A stretch of 63,433 nucleotides of DNA, the filler included, from Kipferlia bialata (lineage: Eukaryota): NCBI GenBank assembly GCA_003568945.1. It is 5 parts of 5 records of this genome, joined end to end, with 100 filler letters (N's around TTAATTAATTAA, not from the genome) between each part and the next. Parts side by side here need not be neighbours in the genome. Positions count along the whole stretch, not along the records: positions 49,199 to 60,311 come from BDIP01000640.1; positions 60,412 to 63,433 come from BDIP01000713.1; 3 more parts are not named here. One strand, 5' to 3'. The notes under the pieces are model-generated. The model saw only the letters and a list, made by a program, of their open reading frames with translations. It made no database searches and was not told the DNA's origin. Position numbers and translations under genes: made by a program. Shown piece after piece: positions 56,104 through 63,433 of this stretch (positions within the stretch are counted from its first letter, which is position 1; each line of letters starts with the position of its first letter).

Positions 56104-56282
56104 ACATGTAGAGTATATTCAATAGAGATGATGAGAAAACACTTTAGTCACAGAGGCTTGCACTTGATCTATTGTACACTTCTCCAGGGCGGGAAGGGGG
56201 GTAACAAATGATATGGAAACACTATATCCCATATATAGGCGGAACTACTGCTAAATTCTACACGATACTCTCTCCAACCCCT

Positions 56283-57186
56283 CTATGTCAGGCTGAATCC
56301 GTCCAGCGTGACATGGTTGGAGGTACCCTCCCTTGGTATCCGTCTCTCCCTCTCTCTCTCCCTCTCCCTCTCCTTGGCAGCTGCCCTGTCTCTCTCTGCC
56401 GCTCTCTCTCTGGCCACTGTGGCCCTGTTCATGCGCGGCACCCTCTCTCTCTCTCTCTCCCTCTCTGCCCTTGCGCTAACCACTGGGGCTGCCTCAAAGT
56501 CTCTCTCTCTGTGTCTGACTGTCTCCCTCGGTGCCATTGGGGAGGGAGAGGGTGCCAGGGCGTGTCTTGTATCATACACCCTCAGGGATGGGTCATGGCG
56601 CCTGGGGTGGGTGGGAGAGTATATACTAGCACATATCACATCGACTCAAACCCATAAGAGGGACACTACCGACCTTGCGTCTCTGCTCTGCCTCTCTGCC
56701 TCCAGGTGGTGCTGTCTCTCTCTCTCAGCCACCGCACTCCGCTGTCTCTCCCTCTGCCTCTCGCTGTCCCTTCTCTGCATGCCAGACAGGAAGGAGATAC
56801 GTTGACTGGGGTGAGAACAATGAACTATTGGGCTGGATGTCTGAACTCAATGAGAGTGAGACTCATAGTAGGTATACAAAATACACCCCACCTCGACAGG
56901 ACCTCTCCGTTGATGACCCTGACGTTTGGTATGGAGTTGAACACAGACACCTGGTACCTGGGGGTGGGGGGGGGGTATAGTGATAACGAGGGTTGACATA
57001 TACGAATGACTGAGGGCACCCTATTACCGTCACATATGTATGTGTAAGCACTATCAGACTCTTACACAAATACATACCTCGCAAGCTTGGCCACTGGGCA
57101 CCCTGCCATGTCTATGCTCTGGAGCATGGGACAGGCAGAGTGGATGGAAGACAGGGTGGACAGGGAGGAGATCTGGTGTTAGGTAT

Positions 57187-57227
<41 letters not shown>

Positions 57228-58820
57228 CAGAGTGGATGGCAGACAGGGTGGACAGGGAGGAGATCTGGGGTTATTGAGTGAGAGATACACAGTGAAGATA
57301 GGGAGGAGATAACGAGGGAGGACGATATACATTACGCAACACAGAGTAGAGAAGAGTTGCGGACGAAGGAGAGAGAGCAAATGCATACCTTGTTCTCTGC
57401 GAGTGAGAGTATCATGAGCCTGGGCAGCACAAGGGACCGAAGGAGAAGGACCAGTCCCTCATCGTCAAGGGCATTGCCAGATAAGTCAAGGGTGGTCAGC
57501 TCAGAGAACACACTGGGTGGCCTGTCTTCAAGTGCTGCGGCATCAGCAGCAAGAGACCCAGCTAAAGGGTCTGGTACCACATCTCCCTCTCCCTGTATGA
57601 CTCCTGTCTCTGGCCCAGTCTCTGATACCGGCACACTCCCTAGCCACATGAGACCATCCCTCTGGTGGCTGACATCTAGCTCTCTGGGGGTAAGAGGGAG
57701 GGAGAGGGTGTTTGAGTGAAAGAAACAGAGAGAGGAAGGAGTGGGAGGGAGATGTGTACCTGAGGCATGGCAGAGAAGACCAAGAGTGTAAGTGTCGGTG
57801 AGCTACTTATCCACACACACGCACACACACACTCACACATATATATATATACATATATATATATATATGTATGTATGCATGATTATATCTCATATAAATA
57901 GTGTACCTGAGGCATGGGAGAGGAGGCAGGCTCACTGTCCTCATCGAGTTGTAGCCTATCCTGGATGTGAGAGGGGGAAGGCCCATAGGTGATGAGCAGA
58001 GAAATATATTGTCTGGAATATTGAGAGCAGGATAGGATATAGGCTGACCGATGACACAGAGACAGACACACGTACCCTACCTCAGTATGGACAGTCTCGG
58101 TGTGCATATGAATACAGAAGTTGTAGGTAAAGTACATATACATTGTATACTATACAGGATATACCTCAGTATGGCCAGTCTGGGTGTCAGATGAATATGG
58201 AAGTTGTATATAGTACACTGTTCTATATGTTATACAAGCATACCTCAGTATGGCCAGTCTGGGTGTGAAGAGTGACAATGGGTATGTGGCCAGGCTGTTC
58301 TTGGACAGGTCCAGCTCAATCAGGTTGGGGAGGTGGGCACCGGAGACCTGGGGTAAGTATTGTACATATTTCTAGGAGAAAGTGATAGGAGAAGAGGGGG
58401 GGGGGGGCATCCATCACATGGCGACAGAGACCAGACATGTATGGTAGACCATGTGTGAATTGAACCTTGAATACATATCGGGAGACTGTGTATGATCAAC
58501 CAGTCTCTACATATACCTACCTCTGTGAATGCGTTGTCGAATGCCATCAGGCTGGTGAGTATGATATATATATATATATACACCATACACTATAAATAAT
58601 GATATGGACTAACACTCTATACACCTCTGTGAATGCGTTGTCGAATGCCATCAGGCTGGTGAGGTTGGGGAAGAGAGAGAGACAGTCCAGGGGGCCAGAG
58701 AGAGACGCATGGGACAGCATGCCAACACGCACTCGGGACCTAGAATGAGATAGTAGAGAGAGAGAGAGAGAGAGATGCATGGGACAGCATGCCAACACGC
58801 ACACGGGACCTAGAATGAGA

Positions 58821-58851
<31 letters not shown>

Positions 58852-58956
58852 TGTTACGCATGGGACAGCATGCCAACACGCACTCGGGACCTAGAATGAG
58901 ATAGTGGGAATATAGAATATAGAGTTCTTCTGTATATTGGGAGAGGGGGGGGGAGT

Positions 58957-58987
<31 letters not shown>

Positions 58988-59068
58988 TGTTACTAACCTG
59001 ACCCTGCTGATGGGCTCCCCCTTCTTGGTCCTCTGGGAAAGGGTCTTCTTGGCACGGTTCAGCATGAC
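56283..59068 (-). CDS. Leucine-rich repeat protein with LRRcap and a charged C-terminal tail (5' truncated)
   Basis: FPNLTSLMAFDNAFTE; LPNLIELDLSKNSL; LTTLDLSGNALDD; LMILSLAENKISSL; LQSIDMAGCPVAKLARYQVSVFNSIPNVRVING. Confidence 0.75.
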
Positions 59069-59208
59069 CTAGGATGAGTGAAGGGTGTTATAAATATAGA
59101 CAGAGGTATATACACTCCACTCCTTGGGAGGGGGGGGGGGGGGGGGGGGGGGTTGCAAAAAAGCGCCCCCCAGAANNNNNNNNNNNNNNNNNNNNNNNNN
59201 NNNNCCCC

Positions 59209-59245
<37 letters not shown>

Positions 59246-59306
59246 ACCCCGTACCACTTATTCATTCGTTCATGAGTTGACAATCTCTAAGTCCCACTAA
59301 CTCCAG

Positions 59307-59380
59307 ACGATGCCGTCTACCCGTGTGTGAGGGACTTCATGGTGGATACGGCCATGGCCAGAAGGAGGGCATATGACTAG
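59307..59380 (+). CDS. Orphan terminal exon of a plus-strand gene whose body is missing
   Basis: Acceptor CACTAACTCCAG, then (D)DAVYPCVRDFMVDTAMARRRAYD* with host-like codon usage. Confidence 0.45.
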
Positions 59381-59593
59381 TGTAATATAGAGAGAGAATG
59401 TGGTTGGATGTACACATGTGTTACTGATCAATACCACAACACAGATGGCAACTAGGATTTAACGGCTCTATCTCTCACTTCATTCTACTGTCTGTATATT
59501 CAGTCCTGTCTCGTGGGTGTGGGTCAAATAGACCTCTGTGAAGCACCCATGATGTGTCAATGCCCCCTATACCAGTCACACAATGGTTCCCTC

Positions 59594-60259
59594 TCAGTCC
59601 TCTATGAGGTCATCCAGCTGCTCCCTGATAGCTGCCATATCTGAATAGAGCACACTGCCAAATGTGGCTGGGTTGGAGGGGGGGGACCGGGTCTGGGACA
59701 CCTCAGACACTGATGCTGACGCTGAAGCAGATTGCGGCTTGACTGATGGCGACTCGCTGCCAAAGTCAACCATGGCCACAGGCTCCTCGCCAAACTCAAT
59801 CATGGACACCGGTGCCTGTGTCTGTGGCTGTGTCTCCACAGGGTCTAGGTCCACAAGGGAGGGAGACCCGCTCCCACCCTCATCCATGTCTATGAGAGAG
59901 GCCCCAGTCTCAGGGGAGGGAGAGGGAGAGGGAGAAGGCTCCATATCCACCAGAGACACACCCTCAGACTGGGGCACAGGGTCCGAGCCAAAGTCCACTA
60001 GGGAGGCACTCTCTTCAGGAGCAGGGGAGGCAGCCTCTCCAACAGCCTCCACCCCAGTCTCTGCCTCTACCACTGCCTCTGTCTCTCCATGCACCTCCTC
60101 TCCCTGCCCCTCTGCCATTGGTGACACAGCCGGGCATGGGATGTCGGGGCACCCTGCCTCTGCCTCTGGCTCCACAGCTATGGCTAGGGCAGCACCGCCC
60201 TCTGGCTTGGTCATGCCCCCTGTGATCTGGGAGATGGGGACACAAGCACGGGTCTCAAT
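59594..60259 (-). CDS. Terminal exon of an acidic disordered protein with six clathrin-box-like motifs
   Basis: Acceptor CTCACCTCAG before 60259. Motifs SLVDFGS, SLVDMEP, SLIDMDE, SLVDLDP, SMIEFGE and AMVDFGS; ends REQLDDLIED*. Confidence 0.7.
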   Translation of the reverse strand: METRACVPISQITGGMTKPEGGAALAIAVEPEAEAGCPDIPCPAVSPMAEGQGEEVHGETEAVVEAETGVEAVGEAASPAPEESASLVDFGSDPVPQSEGVSLVDMEPSPSPSPSPETGASLIDMDEGGSGSPSLVDLDPVETQPQTQAPVSMIEFGEEPVAMVDFGSESPSVKPQSASASASVSEVSQTRSPPSNPATFGSVLYSDMAAIREQLDDLIED

Positions 60260-60459
60260 CTGAGGTGAGGAATGGGGGGGGGGGGGGGGGGTTTTTTAGA
60301 CCCTATTAAATNNNNNNNNNNNNNNNNNNNNNNNNNNNNNNNNNNNNNNNNNNNNTTAATTAATTAANNNNNNNNNNNNNNNNNNNNNNNNNNNNNNNNN
60401 NNNNNNNNNNNGGGGGGAAGAGGGAGGGGGGGGGGGGGGGGGGGGGGGGGAATATATAC

Positions 60460-61020
60460 CTTTTCAGAATCACACTCTGCTTCTCTCTCGCACTTTTCTG
60501 GAATCCCCCTATCCACAGCGCCTGTGTTGGATGAATAAGTGTAGAGGGGGGGGGGATATAGAGAGTAAGAGATTGGGGCACACTAAAGTTGATGTAAATG
60601 TAATGGATCTATAATGTATAACGTGCAGATAGCTGAGAGGGAGGCAACTGACAGATGAGGAGAGAAACTGATGCCTGGTTCTCCCGTATCTGCACCAGTA
60701 TCAGTACCCTTAGAATTATATATGAGTATAATAGTTATACATATGTGTACTCACTGAGTGTATGGGATACAGATACATTGTACCTGGTTCTCCCCTATCT
60801 GCACCAGGGCGTCTGTGTACCCTATCCTCTCCCAGCCCCTGACCTCACAGTCACTCACATACAGACCGGGGGGGCGGGGCATATGTGTGATTAGAGAGTC
60901 TAGACACTGGATAGCTGGACCCTTATTTGGTTCTTCAAAAAGGGTGAAGTGCGTGTACATGATTATCAATATACTCAATATATTGATACCTTGATTTACG
61001 TACCGGACAGCAAATACCAT
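60460..61020 (-). CDS. 5' exons of a probable paralog of the neighbouring Kelch-like gene
   Basis: MVFAVR|...GWERIGYTDALVQIGENQ|ALWIGGFQKSAREKQSVILK. The ALWIG exon matches ALWIGSF at 63177 in start and phase. Confidence 0.5.
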
Positions 61021-61285
61021 GCGCTGGGTAAGTAGGATTTACATTCATTTTAGGACGAGAAATCAGTGACTATTAGTCACCCAAAATCAATAGTGCATCG
61101 AGCACAACCACCTATCTGTATCTATTGAACAGCTCATACACCCACATGTATACATATACCCAATGCTGTTAATCCATCCCTGCAGATACCTGGTCATCCC
61201 CCCAGGCAGCACTACATCCACCAAGACCAACTGGTGTATGATTATACTATGCACATATACATATCCAGTAGTCTCTGATCTATTA

Positions 61286-63177
61286 CTACTCTATTGCACC
61301 ACATCCATCACCCCCAGGCAGCACCACATCCATCACCACTAGCCTGTTGTCACTATCCACACCTAGTGCAACACCGTCCGCCATCATACATACGTAGTCA
61401 AAGGACCTGTTACATACACACATCTCCACGCACTCTCCCGATACATCACTGTAGCATATCGCACACTCATCTTGGTGGGTCTTGTTGTTAAATACCACGA
61501 CGTGATGGCTAGATGCAGCCAATACTGAAGCATCTTGCACCACGTCTGGAGGGAGGTTAGGGTACTCCCTACATATAGTGCCTCCTGTTTTACCAAATAC
61601 TATGGGTTTTGAGTGCACTACAGGTCCCGTTAAAGCGTTTGGATCCCCTGGAGTATACACAAAGTGTGCTACCGACCTCTGGAAGCAGTTCGCGACTGTT
61701 GCACCCACAACTGAGAACAGGTGTACATTGGTTCCGAGGACGGCTACTATAGGGGCGCTGCATCTCTTCATAGTATCCGCCAGAGATACACTCTGTGGAA
61801 CCGATCCTGGCTCCTTAATCGCGCCCCATTCTGCCTCTCTCCCAAACTCACCCTCTGGTACGAAGACGTACATGCATGGGCCGTACGGGTTCTCTCGGAT
61901 TCCCAACACATATAGAGTGTCGTCAGCGACAAACGCAACCTGGTCTAGGAAAGCTGACGATTAGCAAAAAGTCGACCACCCACTCATAAATCCCGTTGAA
62001 ACAGTACAATAGCGTGACTGACGCTTCCCTTCCCAAGTAGTAAGTTCAGTGTACATGGAGTCCACGTCCCATGTCCCTAATCTCCTCTGTAGTAGTGTAA
62101 CTCTCCCATCTATATTACAAACATACTTATACACAACCATAGTGTGTTGTAGCGTACCTGGTATCCAAGTGCCATCACTAATCTCATCTTCCTTCCCCTC
62201 GTTGTCTCCCAAGCAGTGCCACTCTCTAGACACAAGGTCCAATACCCATACATCAGCCAGATACTCCATCATCATGTTGTCACATCCTCCAATGACATAC
62301 ACCTTGTCCCTCAGTCTTGAGTTAGACACAAGAGCACATACATATAGTGCAAATGGAATATGTATAGGCAACAAATATTTCTATCTTGGTCTCACAGCCT
62401 CCAATGACATACACTTTGTCCCTCAGCCTAGGGTAAGACATTTACACCCAGATATATAGTATACATACATAGGATACACAGTATATACATATATACATAT
62501 CATCATGTCATCACAGCCTCCAATACCTTATCCCGCAGCCTAGGGTTAGCCCTATATACACGCATATATGTAGTATACATACATACAGAAGAGTAGTAGA
62601 GAGCAGTATAGAGCTGGAGACACACAGATAGATAGAGAGGGCGAAACAGCATGCCTCTGTTGGAGGTTCACATTGCATCAATACTAATACTACTATGTAT
62701 ATAGAAACATGGCAGAATACCTAGCGACTGAGAACGAGTTTGCACTGTAACTCATTGGACACTCTATGTGCTCAGTCTCTATGACCATAGCATCAGAGAC
62801 TGGGTCATATACCCTGGGGCATAAGGATATGAAGAGAAATCTATATATTATATATAATTAAATTAAATATACTTATAAGTAATATAATATATACATATTT
62901 ACATACATTAGTAGTCAAGCGTCAGTAACTCTGGTCATAGACTCTGGGGGTGAGGCAAATTGCAAATGCAGCCAATATGAGAGAGAAGAAGATAGACGGA
63001 GCGAGAGAGTTACAGACTTAGTCATATCACTAATACAAGACCATCTAGAACCGAATATGTAACCACATATCCCTGTACTGTATATGGAAGCCAAGAGAGG
63101 GAGAGATACATATACCTTGTAATTATCATACACCGCTTCTTCGCATTCATTGTGCAGAAACTCCCTATCCACAGGGC
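61286..63177 (-). CDS. Kelch-type beta-propeller protein (5' truncated)
   Basis: ALWIGSF...|VYDPVSDAM...SVAR|LRDKVYVIGGCDNMMMEYLADVWVLDLVSREWHCL...WIP|AFLDQVAFVADDTLYVLG... All phases are compatible. Confidence 0.7.
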
Positions 63178-63433
63178 CTGGGTTAGGTATAGATGGAAGA
63201 CAGAGAGAAGAGAGAGAGAGAGAGAGAGAATACCCTATCCACAGGGCCTGTGTTAGGCATAGATAGAGATGAAAGAGATGGAGGAGACATAGGGAGAGAA
63301 AGAGACAGAGGGAGTGCAAGAATGAAAATACCCAATCCACAGAGACTGTGTTAGGTACTTATTAGTGACTACAATATAGGACTAGGGAGATGAGGGGGGG
63401 GGGGGGGGGGGGGGGGGGGGAAAAAAAAAAAAA

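Overview
This window is eukaryotic, not prokaryotic. It holds five scaffolds joined by artificial N-TTAATTAATTAA-N linkers (about 1-16307, 16408-32703, 32804-49098, 49199-60311, 60412-63433). The DNA is extremely intron-dense: most exons are 30-120 nt, introns are GT-AG, the branch point is fused to the acceptor (CT[GCAT]AC-N2-5-AG), and introns are filled with (TA)n, (CT)n and poly-C. The standard genetic code is used. This fits a free-living fornicate metamonad such as Kipferlia (inference). The six-frame ORF track is mostly spurious, so genes were spliced by hand. Recognisable genes: adenylate kinase (5' part), an NOL/NYC1-like SDR, a Vps4-like AAA ATPase, tRNA-Arg(ACG) (3' part), adenosine deaminase, a 58-aa Tom5-like tail-anchored protein, a GPCR-like fragment, a membrane adenylyl cyclase, a SPRY protein, a MORN-repeat gene plus a pseudogene, an MFS transporter, an HSPA12-type Hsp70, an LRR protein, a clathrin-box-rich tail, Kelch-like paralogs and several coiled-coil proteins. 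The most striking pattern, seen in all five scaffolds, is 'exon-boundary echoes'. Introns carry truncated copies of the neighbouring exon ends, each with only one splice site. These apparently non-coding copies differ from the real exon mostly at synonymous positions.
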